A DNA stretch of 64,000 bases, from positions 32,001 through 96,000 of IMG/VR virus record IMGVR_UViG_3300042374_001687; one strand, 5' to 3'. Origin of the DNA: a virus. Under the pieces are notes generated by a model. That model was not told the DNA's origin, did no database searches, and was given only the letters and a program-made list of their open reading frames with translations. Numbering within the stretch: position 1 is the first letter of the stretch; each line of letters opens with the position of its first letter. This document shows positions 38,996-47,025 of the stretch, in pieces. Made by a program: the position numbers and the translations under genes.

Positions 38996-40015
38996 ATGTC
39001 AGCACGCGGATTCGATTGCGGTACCTATAATCTGGTTTGTTGTAAGCGTACTGCCGAGAATGAATTTTCGTACAAGAGAGAGGTGAACGCCTTTTTGCAG
39101 ATGCCCTTGGAAAACCGCTTCGTCTTCAATATGATGAAGAACGCCGGCGTGCCCTTGATAGAGCAGCCCGAAGCGAACTTGGCGTATGCCCTCGGCGAGT
39201 CGGCGGTCAACATGGCATACACCATGAACCAAATTGAATTGAAGCGCCCGATGAAGGATGGCTGCCTCAATCCGAAGGAAAGATACGCACAGCAGATCAT
39301 GAATGTGATGTGCCACAGTCTCATAGGAGAGGTGGAGGAGGATGGAACTCCCTTGTACTACTCGGTTCCCGCAAATGCCATAAACCAAGAGACGGACGCG
39401 GATTATCACGGAAAAGTCTTGGAGGCGATGTTCCGTTCCTACAAGAGTGAGAAGGGATACACTGTGGATCCGCATCCGATTAACGAGGCATTGGCTCTCG
39501 TCTATGCGGAACTTTCCAACAAGGCTTGGACCGGCGTGGGAATATCATTCGGTGCAGGAATGGTGAATCTTTGCTACGCGATGTACGGAGCCCCCATCTT
39601 CCAGTTTTCTATAGTAAACAGCGGCGACTGGATCGACAAGATGGCCTCCAAGGCCCTTGGGGAAGATACGACGACATATGTGAACAAAGAAAAAATGCAC
39701 GCGGACTTGACCGTGGAGAATCCCGAAAGCCTTGTGCAGCGAGCCATAAAGTCGCAGTACGAAATCATGATCCAGCATACCGTTTCGGGAATAAAGAAGG
39801 GCGTGGAAGAGGCCGGAAACAAGGCCCGTTCGGAACAGCCCATAGACATAGTGGTGGCGGGCGGAACCAGCATGCCCAAGGGTTTCGATGTCTTGTTCCG
39901 TAAGATTCTAGAGCAATCCAAGATTTCGATGAAGATAGGCGATGTAATCAGGCCCAGCGACCCGCTATACTCGGTGGCTCGTGGTTGCTTGATTGCCGCA
40001 GAAAACGCAAAGTAA
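38996..40015 (+). CDS. actin-fold ATPase, volactin-like
   Basis: Phosphate-1 GFDCGT, RPMKDG, YYSVPA, PINEALALVYAEL, phosphate-2 GISFGAGMVN, SGDWID, adenosine VAGGTSMP.GF and PLYSVARGCL. Strong AAGGAG RBS. Confidence 0.9.
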   Translation: MSARGFDCGTYNLVCCKRTAENEFSYKREVNAFLQMPLENRFVFNMMKNAGVPLIEQPEANLAYALGESAVNMAYTMNQIELKRPMKDGCLNPKERYAQQIMNVMCHSLIGEVEEDGTPLYYSVPANAINQETDADYHGKVLEAMFRSYKSEKGYTVDPHPINEALALVYAELSNKAWTGVGISFGAGMVNLCYAMYGAPIFQFSIVNSGDWIDKMASKALGEDTTTYVNKEKMHADLTVENPESLVQRAIKSQYEIMIQHTVSGIKKGVEEAGNKARSEQPIDIVVAGGTSMPKGFDVLFRKILEQSKISMKIGDVIRPSDPLYSVARGCLIAAENAK

Positions 40016-40034
40016 AAGAAAGAAAGAGAGAAAA

Positions 40035-40253
40035 ATGAAAAAGACAGTAAGTGACCTGGGTGCGGGAGCCTACCTGCTCATGCACGGGCACAAGGTGGTT
40101 GGAAGGCAAGGAAGGGATTTTATATTCGAGGTAGGAGAGCAAGAGGAGACGGAATTCGAGCAAAGAAAGTTAGAATACCTCTCGAGCGAGTTCCATAGAT
40201 TTGACTCTTATATAATGTCTTTGAAGAAGATTGGCGAATACAACCCGAAATGA
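40035..40253 (+). CDS. small DUF5659-like protein
   Basis: SDLGAGAYLLMHG.......FIFE......Y....F...I.SLK pattern. Confidence 0.55.
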   Translation: MKKTVSDLGAGAYLLMHGHKVVGRQGRDFIFEVGEQEETEFEQRKLEYLSSEFHRFDSYIMSLKKIGEYNPK

Positions 40254-40678
40254 AACCAGAGGGACTAGAATATTTTGTCGGGAAAATCTGCACTATTTTT
40301 ACTGTTCCGACGAACAGAGACTTCAAGTCAGAGAACCCCCAGACCTTTCCACAGCCCGTTTTTCACTATTTTGTGGGTAGAGTGCTTGAGGTAAATCAAA
40401 ACGGGATCTGCATAGAGCAGTGGAACAACAGGAAGAAGCTCAGAACTTTTTTCTTTATGGATCATTTGGTCTCTATTTCCGAGGAGGAGATACTTGACCC
40501 CTCAAATCCCGAGGATATAGAAGTAATAGAAGAATACAAAAAGGCGAACCAGCCGATCCACAAGGATCTTGGTTCGGGCGAAAAGGTCAAGGAAAAGATA
40601 GAACCAGCCGAAAGTCAATATGTTGATATAGATTCCTTGTCTAATCTTGCCAAGGAAAATTCAAAAATCAACCAGTAA
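40250..40678 (+). CDS. hypothetical protein (possible Sm/SH3-like fold)
   Basis: ATGA overlap. YFVGK.CTIF...FVGRVLEV...FF..HLVSISE. Confidence 0.6.
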   Translation: MKPEGLEYFVGKICTIFTVPTNRDFKSENPQTFPQPVFHYFVGRVLEVNQNGICIEQWNNRKKLRTFFFMDHLVSISEEEILDPSNPEDIEVIEEYKKANQPIHKDLGSGEKVKEKIEPAESQYVDIDSLSNLAKENSKINQ

Positions 40679-41723
40679 TGCTGTTTATGGCTATCCTTGT
40701 ACTTTCCCAATCTCCTCCGGCCAGAGAATTATTGTATTGCTTCTCTTGTGCGTTTATGTATCCGCGAAGGATCTTGTCGCCCTTTGCCATCAATAGGCCG
40801 TTCCAGTCCTTGAATTCCTTGCAAGGCCTCACATAATTAACTTTTTTGAATCCTCTGGCGAACAGAAAATTTGCCATTTTGGGAAGGGCTTGACTCCCGG
40901 CCTCGTCCGCATCAAGGCAAAGAACTGGGGTGTATTCTTCTATCATTCTCATTTGATTTTCTGTGATTGACTTTCCGCCTAGGGCGGCGGAATAGAAGCC
41001 GCACTGCGAAAGGGACATTGCGTCAAACTCTCCCTCCGTGATGTATATTTTTTCACTTTTGATTGGCCATTTTTGTACATACAGAACATCTCCCTTGCCA
41101 ATGCCTAGTTCCTTGGGAGGCCCCAAGTACCTCAAATTTGTTCCAGGATCTCCGATATATCTTCCGTTGTAGTAAATCAATGATCCTTTTTTGTCGTAAT
41201 ATGGTATTACTATCCTGTTTTTGTATCTTCCGGAAGTGCATATAAGAAGTCCGTCCGAGTTTATTCGGCGACCCTTGAGATAATCAGAAGCCTCTTTTCT
41301 CAAGTAGTTTGAAGAAGGAAGTTCGTCAAAAAGATAGCATCCAGAAGGTATCTCAAGACGATTCTCGACGGCAAGGGATGGCCGTTCTTGTTGATCATCC
41401 TTTGTCAAAAAAAGCTCGTGAACTTTTCTCTCCAGATCTTCGAGCGTTCCAGTAGACACGGCGTCCAATGTCTCAACGGCTTGCTCATATGAGCACTTGT
41501 CAACAAGCATCACCAATTTGACAAGGCTGCCCTTCTGGTCCGATTTCCAACAATGATACACGCCGTTCTGTATCTTGTTTTTTCCTCCGGAAGGATTGCA
41601 CCAGAGGTGGCGCTTGCGGTCTTCACAAAATATTGAGTTGACAAGCACCTCATCGCCCTTCACGGCGACATCGTCAAATCTGGATTCGGCCCAGGACAAA
41701 AATCTATCAAAATCAATTGACAT
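40668..41723 (-). CDS. DnaG-type DNA primase
   Basis: YHCW Zn-binding remnant, YLKGRRI, NRIVIPY, TOPRIM ITEGEFDA...LDADEAG and KDWN. Confidence 0.9.
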   Translation of the reverse strand: MSIDFDRFLSWAESRFDDVAVKGDEVLVNSIFCEDRKRHLWCNPSGGKNKIQNGVYHCWKSDQKGSLVKLVMLVDKCSYEQAVETLDAVSTGTLEDLERKVHELFLTKDDQQERPSLAVENRLEIPSGCYLFDELPSSNYLRKEASDYLKGRRINSDGLLICTSGRYKNRIVIPYYDKKGSLIYYNGRYIGDPGTNLRYLGPPKELGIGKGDVLYVQKWPIKSEKIYITEGEFDAMSLSQCGFYSAALGGKSITENQMRMIEEYTPVLCLDADEAGSQALPKMANFLFARGFKKVNYVRPCKEFKDWNGLLMAKGDKILRGYINAQEKQYNNSLAGGDWESTRIAINSITG

Positions 41724-41792
41724 TAGTCGTTCCTTTTGGAATAATCTTAGACAAAGGGATTGAAAAAATCAATCCCCATCTATGATAAACTT

Positions 41793-42599
41793 ATGAAGAT
41801 TGAGCACATATCTGTTTCCAGGGGTAAATCTTACGACCAGTGTCCCTACTACTACAAATTAAAATACCACGAGAAGATTCCGAATCCGGGCGAAGAGCAG
41901 TTTTATTTTGTTTATGGCAAAATCATACACAAGATCGCTGAGCAACATGTTCAAGAACGAGGAGCAAGAAGCCTCAAAGAGGTTTCTAATGATGTTCTCA
42001 AAGGCGCGATAGAAATAGAAGATGGCAAAAAGGCCCCGCCGTTGCCGGCCGACTATAAGAAAAGAATGCCGCAACACATAAAGGCGATAGACAACCTCAA
42101 TAAGAAGATAGGGTGCGACGGCATAACCGAATATAAATTCAAGTACGACTTGGATCCTCCTCATGGAAAGTTCGTAACGGGCTTCATAGATCGAATAATA
42201 TTAAGGAACTCCAAGGCATGGATATTGGACTACAAGACAACGAAGCCCGGGCCGTTCAGAGAAAACAAGCACACCATAAAGACCGATCCCCAGCTGAGGC
42301 TATACTCAAGGGTTGTTCAAAAAGAATTCGGGATTGATCCTGCGAACATAAAGGCAGCCTTGTATTACCTTGAAGGAGAACATCTGCTGCCCGCTTCATA
42401 TAGCGAAGATTCGCTAGACATGATAGAGAGGGAACTTCTAGAAGTTTATAATTCAATAAGTTCTCACGACCCGGACAAAGCGTTCGGCAAGACCGGTAAC
42501 CACTGCAACAGATGCGAATACAGGGACATGTGTCCATTCTTTAGGAATGGAAGTTCTAAAAAAAGAATAACCTGGGACGGCGACCTCGGAAGTCTCTGA
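41793..42599 (+). CDS. PD-(D/E)XK nuclease, Cas4/AddB-like with 4-Cys Fe-S motif
   Basis: S.S....Y.QCP, G..IH, GFIDRI, LDYKT, QLRLY and CNRCEYRDMCP. Confidence 0.9.
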   Translation: MKIEHISVSRGKSYDQCPYYYKLKYHEKIPNPGEEQFYFVYGKIIHKIAEQHVQERGARSLKEVSNDVLKGAIEIEDGKKAPPLPADYKKRMPQHIKAIDNLNKKIGCDGITEYKFKYDLDPPHGKFVTGFIDRIILRNSKAWILDYKTTKPGPFRENKHTIKTDPQLRLYSRVVQKEFGIDPANIKAALYYLEGEHLLPASYSEDSLDMIERELLEVYNSISSHDPDKAFGKTGNHCNRCEYRDMCPFFRNGSSKKRITWDGDLGSL

Positions 42600-42614
42600 T
42601 GCCGTCCCGGCTGT

Positions 42615-43475
42615 TCAGAACAATAAGAAATTCGGCACTGGGATGAGATTATTGTCGGAAATCTTCTTGAGTCTGTCCCAGTCATAAATGGGTATCAAGT
42701 CTAAGTCCATCTTCTTTTTCAATATCCATTCATGCTTGTTTTTAATAAACACAGCCTTTATTGAATTTAAGGGGGTGAAGAATCCTATGCCCCTGCCGGT
42801 TAATTCAGAGGTTCCCCAGCATATGCCTACAAGCTCTCCATCGTTTGTCAACAGACCTCCTCCGGACCTTCCCGGCCTGGGGCTGTTTTTTTCAGTGACT
42901 ATATCAGGATCTTTATACTCCAAAACTTTGACCTCGTATCTGGCGACCTCCCCTCCTCCGTCACAGCCCAATGAATTCAAAACCATTCCTTTCTTGATTT
43001 CAAAGTGAGGGGCTATAGGGAAAAATTGGGGGCTCCAGTCAGGCTGGAACCTCAAGAGGCTTGAGTCGAACCCTCTGTCGTTGCTCCAAAAAAGAACCTC
43101 TGCCTCATACGATTGAGTTTGCGGCAGTTTAAATCCATTTTTGTACCATACGACAATGCTGGCCTTCTCGGGCCTTTTGGGATCGTAGGACTTGTTCCCG
43201 TCCCACATATGGCCGCACGATATGACATACGCCCAGTTTGACTCTTGGTCATAGTGGCATATGGTTCCCGAACCAGAAGAAGATTTTACAGATATTTTAA
43301 CAGAAGCCGAGAGAAAATTTATATATCGCTTGTCCCTTTCTTCTTTGGGCAGCGAAAAGTCCACAAGCATAGCCGAATCTCTCAAGATCGGATAAAACGG
43401 TTCTTGAGAATATGACTGGTTGATACTTGTGAAGTAAAATGCTATAATACAGAAGACAATTGAAATCCTTTTCAT
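42615..43475 (-). CDS. secreted trypsin-like serine protease
   Basis: Signal peptide MKRISIVFCIIAFYF, then GSGT, SCGH (His), DSSLL (Asp) and GRSGGGL (Ser). Confidence 0.88.
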   Translation of the reverse strand: MKRISIVFCIIAFYFTSINQSYSQEPFYPILRDSAMLVDFSLPKEERDKRYINFLSASVKISVKSSSGSGTICHYDQESNWAYVISCGHMWDGNKSYDPKRPEKASIVVWYKNGFKLPQTQSYEAEVLFWSNDRGFDSSLLRFQPDWSPQFFPIAPHFEIKKGMVLNSLGCDGGGEVARYEVKVLEYKDPDIVTEKNSPRPGRSGGGLLTNDGELVGICWGTSELTGRGIGFFTPLNSIKAVFIKNKHEWILKKKMDLDLIPIYDWDRLKKISDNNLIPVPNFLLF

Positions 43476-43514
43476 TGTTAGCCTCCATGCTACAAGTATA
43501 TACTTCACAAGGAA

Positions 43515-44030
43515 ATGAATAATTTAGCCCTTTTCGTCACCCACAGTATATTTTTGACCGAAGAACAAATAGAGTCCTTGTTGAGAACTGAAGGATGTCT
43601 GGAGGTCGTGGGTCACTGTGTGCCCGTATGGGTGAATGCAAAAACGGGAGAAACAACGGAGCCGGGAAGCGAAGTTTTCTGTAACTATAAAATTCACAAT
43701 TCAGGAGAGAAGGTTGCTCAAATAAGCAACCTCAGGAAGAAAGGATTTGAAATATTTCTTCCCGGGGTTGGGGATTGGGTGCCTCCTGCTGATCTAGACC
43801 TTGAGCGGATGTCGGTATGGTCTAGTGAAGAAAGAATGTCATTTTTGAAGGAAAGGGACAAGTGGTGGTTCAACAACCCAAGGCCACCGTCGGCAGACCA
43901 ACTTAAGAATGGATACTTAAGGTTTGAAGTGAAAAAAATAAAGCAGAAGACGAAGAAGCATCAATATTCAGCCCAGCATATAGTGGAAATTGCTAATATG
44001 GGACGGCTGGTGGACTCTTTAACAATTTGA
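43515..44030 (+). CDS. hypothetical protein
   Basis: 171 aa with AAGGA RBS. Confidence 0.65.
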   Translation: MNNLALFVTHSIFLTEEQIESLLRTEGCLEVVGHCVPVWVNAKTGETTEPGSEVFCNYKIHNSGEKVAQISNLRKKGFEIFLPGVGDWVPPADLDLERMSVWSSEERMSFLKERDKWWFNNPRPPSADQLKNGYLRFEVKKIKQKTKKHQYSAQHIVEIANMGRLVDSLTI

Positions 44031-44528
44031 TAGTGCCATTCCCATTTTCATTGTGATTGTCTCTCCATCCGACACTGTTATGTTTCTACTTAATGGGGCG
44101 GATGATATTAGAACATTATTTGTTCCATAACCAAGATTTGTTGTAAGAAAAATATTCTTTACTGGTCCCCATGCTCCGCCGGTAGCCTTGAATAGTATGA
44201 CTGGGCTGTTGGCTTGACGATGTCCCGAATTGGTCGTCACAACATCAAAACTATCCGGCTGTATTTGTTGCCTCTCGTAGGCATTGTCTGTGGGTTCGAA
44301 GCCGAACAAGGATCCTATGCCCACCGAAGGATCCAAAAAGGTTCTAGAGTCTAGTCCGATATAGTATTTTTCAGGCACGGACAATCCGGCGAACAATATC
44401 TTTAAAATCAGTTCTTCGCCCGCGTAATGAAGAATGTTTTTGACATCCTTTTCTATGTGGAGCAATTCTCCATTCTTTGAAAGATGCTTGATCTCAAGAA
44501 CTTTCATTAAGCCGCGCCACTCTTTCAT
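44019..44528 (-). CDS. tail/baseplate-associated protein, distant paralog of 25267-25740
   Basis: NILHYAGEELIL...YYIGL...YERQ..F.A...WGPV......L......V..GETIT is a fibre N-terminal-type pattern. Confidence 0.65.
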   Translation of the reverse strand: MKEWRGLMKVLEIKHLSKNGELLHIEKDVKNILHYAGEELILKILFAGLSVPEKYYIGLDSRTFLDPSVGIGSLFGFEPTDNAYERQQIQPDSFDVVTTNSGHRQANSPVILFKATGGAWGPVKNIFLTTNLGYGTNNVLISSAPLSRNITVSDGETITMKMGMALSNC

Positions 44529-44568
44529 TGTATCCCCTTTATTAACTTTGTCCCACATATATACGATC

Positions 44569-44793
44569 ATGGAATTTAAAAGATGGCTGGCTGAGGTGGG
44601 TGGCTCTGGCGGAATCGGGGGAGGATTGACTCCACCCTTGGAAAAAGCCACCGGATACTCCGGGGCATTCGCCGACTATCATGGAAAGGGGGCGAGCGAT
44701 CCCAAAAATCCCAATGGCACTCTTCCGCCCGTACCTCAAAAGGTCTTCCGAAGGGATTTCAAAAAGAAAGCAAAAACCTTGAGAAAGGTCTGA
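44569..44793 (+). CDS. small protein with capsid-targeting-like leader (MEFKRWLAE)
   Basis: ATG 4 nt after CATATATAC. Gly/Pro-rich body and basic tail. Confidence 0.6.
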   Translation: MEFKRWLAEVGGSGGIGGGLTPPLEKATGYSGAFADYHGKGASDPKNPNGTLPPVPQKVFRRDFKKKAKTLRKV

Positions 44794-44796
44794 TAT

Positions 44797-44979
44797 GTGA
44801 ACTACCCACTCCCCTAAAGGGAGTGGGCTTCCTGCTTCAACCTCGGTTGCCCTTGATTGCTCTCAGGTCTTACACCAAGTCCACAGGCTATTCCCGTAGT
44901 TCCTGCGGTTCTTTTCGCTTCATTAACCGCCATCTATCCCAGCCCCTAAAGGGACTGGGTTTTCTGGCGGCGAGGATAT
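44797..44979 (-). mobile_element. non-autonomous IS200/IS605-derived element (PATE/MITE) carrying a TnpB omega-RNA scaffold
   Basis: On the minus strand: left-end hairpin CCCAGTCCCTTTAGGGGCTGGG, scaffold AACCGCAGGAACTACGGGAATAGCC...TTGAAGCAGGAAG and right-end hairpin CCCACTCCCTTTAGGGGAGTGGG then TAGTTCAC. No ORF. The left boundary is inferred from a flanking TTTAT. Confidence 0.85.
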
Positions 44980-44989
44980 ATAAAGAGCC

Positions 44990-46549
44990 ATGACAAAAGA
45001 CCAAATACTAAGACAGATAGACTCCATAATAGACGGTTGGGTCAACGACACAATTTCCAGTTTGACATCCGGCAAGTCAGAGGTTCAACCAAGAGGAATA
45101 TGGGACAGGCTCAAAGGCACATTCTATAACTTAAGGTATGGAAGAAACGACAAGCAAAACAACCCATATTATTGGAAGAACAGATTTGGCGATGAATTGG
45201 GAACAAAGCAAGAGTGCCACAACCCGTCATCCCTCACGCTTTCAGAGTATTGCGTCTTGAAATCTACGGTAAATGAGGCACAGACGATAATAAATGAAGC
45301 GTTAGATCCCGAGACGGAAAAGTTACGGCTTGTTCAACTTATTAGAAAGGCGGCGGAAGACCTTAAGGGTCGACTTCGCTCTGTTCTTTCCGCTTGGGAT
45401 ATGACCCAAGCCTCTTCCGGGAGCGGTATGGAGAAGGCCACCGCGGACAGAAATGTGGGAGGCGCCTCCGCGGGAAATAAAAAAGATCCCGAACCTGTTC
45501 CTAGCAGCGATGTAGACAATTCTCATGCTGGTGAGGAAGCGAAAACAGCAGCCGTGACCGGAGGTGCAGAGACGGCGCCCGTGAGCGGCGGTGTGGAGAC
45601 GGAGCCCGTGACCGGAGGTACGGAGACGGCACAAAGCGCTGCAAAATCAAGTGGCGGAAAATTGCCGACGGTTAGTGCGGCGGATGGCGGAAATGCAGTG
45701 GGGACAAACAAAGGTAAAAAAACAGAGACAGACTTAAAAAAGAGTATTCGAGAAGCTGCAAAAACCAGAAAAGAAAGTCCTAGCAATTTAACTCCTCAAG
45801 TTTCTTGGCTTAATTCTGGGGGGAGGTTAGTCAAAGAAAAAATGCCTTGGGTAATAGCTTGGATTTCTACCATGCCTCATGCTAGCTATGACGACGAAAT
45901 CATAGAGAGGGAATTAAAAAACAAGGATCGAGTTGGAGACAAATTCGCTTCCAAATTCAAAGGTCTGGCGTGGAAAAAGGAAGGTCACAGATCTTTGATC
46001 AGAGGCCTAAGGCAACACTTGGGCTTAATTTCTGACGAGGATTTCAAGAAAATAATTCACGACTTGACAGGTGGCGATACCGTAGATGCTGAAATTTCTA
46101 GATCAAAACAAGAAGTTAAGCCCGGGGCTGAGAAAAAGACCAAACAAAAAGAGGATCCTAAACAATCTGCGGTTTCTTCTAGGGGGGGCGAAAAGGAACA
46201 AGATCAAGATTCACCTAAAAAAGACGAAGAGAAAAAGAAGGATCTCCTCAAAACACTTTATGAGGGGAAGACAACAAAGGAGATACTTGACGGCATAAAA
46301 AGCAGATTGCTTTCGCCCTCGTGGATATTTCTAGGAAAGGACGAATCAATAGGCAGAAAATTCAACACACTCATGGGCAAGCTGAGGGCTCAGTATGGGG
46401 GTGACGACGACAAAACTCCGAACGCTCAAGAAGAAAGCAAGAATGGACTTATCATCAAAATTGCAAGTGGCGATCTATTAAAGGACATCCTGCAGACTGT
46501 TGGCTCGGGAAAGCTTAAAGAATCTGATCTGATTGGATTTTTAGGCTAA
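44990..46549 (+). CDS. hypothetical protein with low-complexity linker (possible internal head protein)
   Basis: 519 aa with short 10-aa repeats (TAAVTGGAE/TAPVSGGVE/TEPVTGGTE, ~45545-45630) and K/E-rich disordered stretches. Confidence 0.7.
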   Translation: MTKDQILRQIDSIIDGWVNDTISSLTSGKSEVQPRGIWDRLKGTFYNLRYGRNDKQNNPYYWKNRFGDELGTKQECHNPSSLTLSEYCVLKSTVNEAQTIINEALDPETEKLRLVQLIRKAAEDLKGRLRSVLSAWDMTQASSGSGMEKATADRNVGGASAGNKKDPEPVPSSDVDNSHAGEEAKTAAVTGGAETAPVSGGVETEPVTGGTETAQSAAKSSGGKLPTVSAADGGNAVGTNKGKKTETDLKKSIREAAKTRKESPSNLTPQVSWLNSGGRLVKEKMPWVIAWISTMPHASYDDEIIERELKNKDRVGDKFASKFKGLAWKKEGHRSLIRGLRQHLGLISDEDFKKIIHDLTGGDTVDAEISRSKQEVKPGAEKKTKQKEDPKQSAVSSRGGEKEQDQDSPKKDEEKKKDLLKTLYEGKTTKEILDGIKSRLLSPSWIFLGKDESIGRKFNTLMGKLRAQYGGDDDKTPNAQEESKNGLIIKIASGDLLKDILQTVGSGKLKESDLIGFLG

Positions 46550-46938
46550 TCATCCCAGTCATCGTCTTCATCTTCGTCGTCGTCTTCGTCGTCGTCCCAA
46601 TCATCGTCTTCATCTTCGTCGTCGTCGTCCCAATCATCGTCTTCGTCTTCATCTTCGTCGTCGTCCCAATCGCTATCCCAATCGTCGTCATCGTCTTCAT
46701 CGTCGTCATCCCAATCCTCGTCGTCTTCGTCGTCGTCGTCGTCTTCGTCTTCGGAGGCTTCTTTCCACTCCCACTCGGTTATGCCTTCACTATCGTCGTC
46801 GTCGTCATCCTCATCATCTTCTTCTTCATACTGATGATTTTCTTCGTCGTCATCAAGCCTACTGCAGGGGCTTGAGTACTCATCAAACCAGTCATTTCCG
46901 TAAATGTTTTCAACTTGACTCTCAAAATCATCACGCAT
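46546..46938 (-). CDS. extremely acidic D/E-rich protein with periodic Trp
   Basis: AGGAGG RBS. The C-terminal half repeats DDDWDDDDEDED. Confidence 0.75.
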   Translation of the reverse strand: MRDDFESQVENIYGNDWFDEYSSPCSRLDDDEENHQYEEEDDEDDDDDDSEGITEWEWKEASEDEDDDDDEDDEDWDDDDEDDDDDWDSDWDDDEDEDEDDDWDDDDEDEDDDWDDDEDDDEDEDDDWDD

Positions 46939-47025
46939 GGTTTAAAAGCCTCCTATTAATCGCCATTTTAGATATGGAACTTATTATAGTCAACCCCAAA
47001 AAACTCTCGGCCGATATATATTCAA

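Noticed and set aside
41793-42599. Cas4 as part of a CRISPR-Cas locus
   Set aside because: No cas1/cas2 or array nearby. Solo PD-(D/E)XK nucleases are common in phages.
44792-44979. GATAT at both ends of the mini-element read as a 5-bp target-site duplication
   Set aside because: The ends are IS200/IS605-type hairpins, a family that makes no TSD. The match is better explained by the element terminus resembling the target, although the exact left boundary stays uncertain.
46515-46709. Thr/Met/Lys-repeat ORF overlapping the acidic protein
   Set aside because: It is a shifted-frame reading of the GAC/GAA repeats. The D/E frame has the RBS and ATG.
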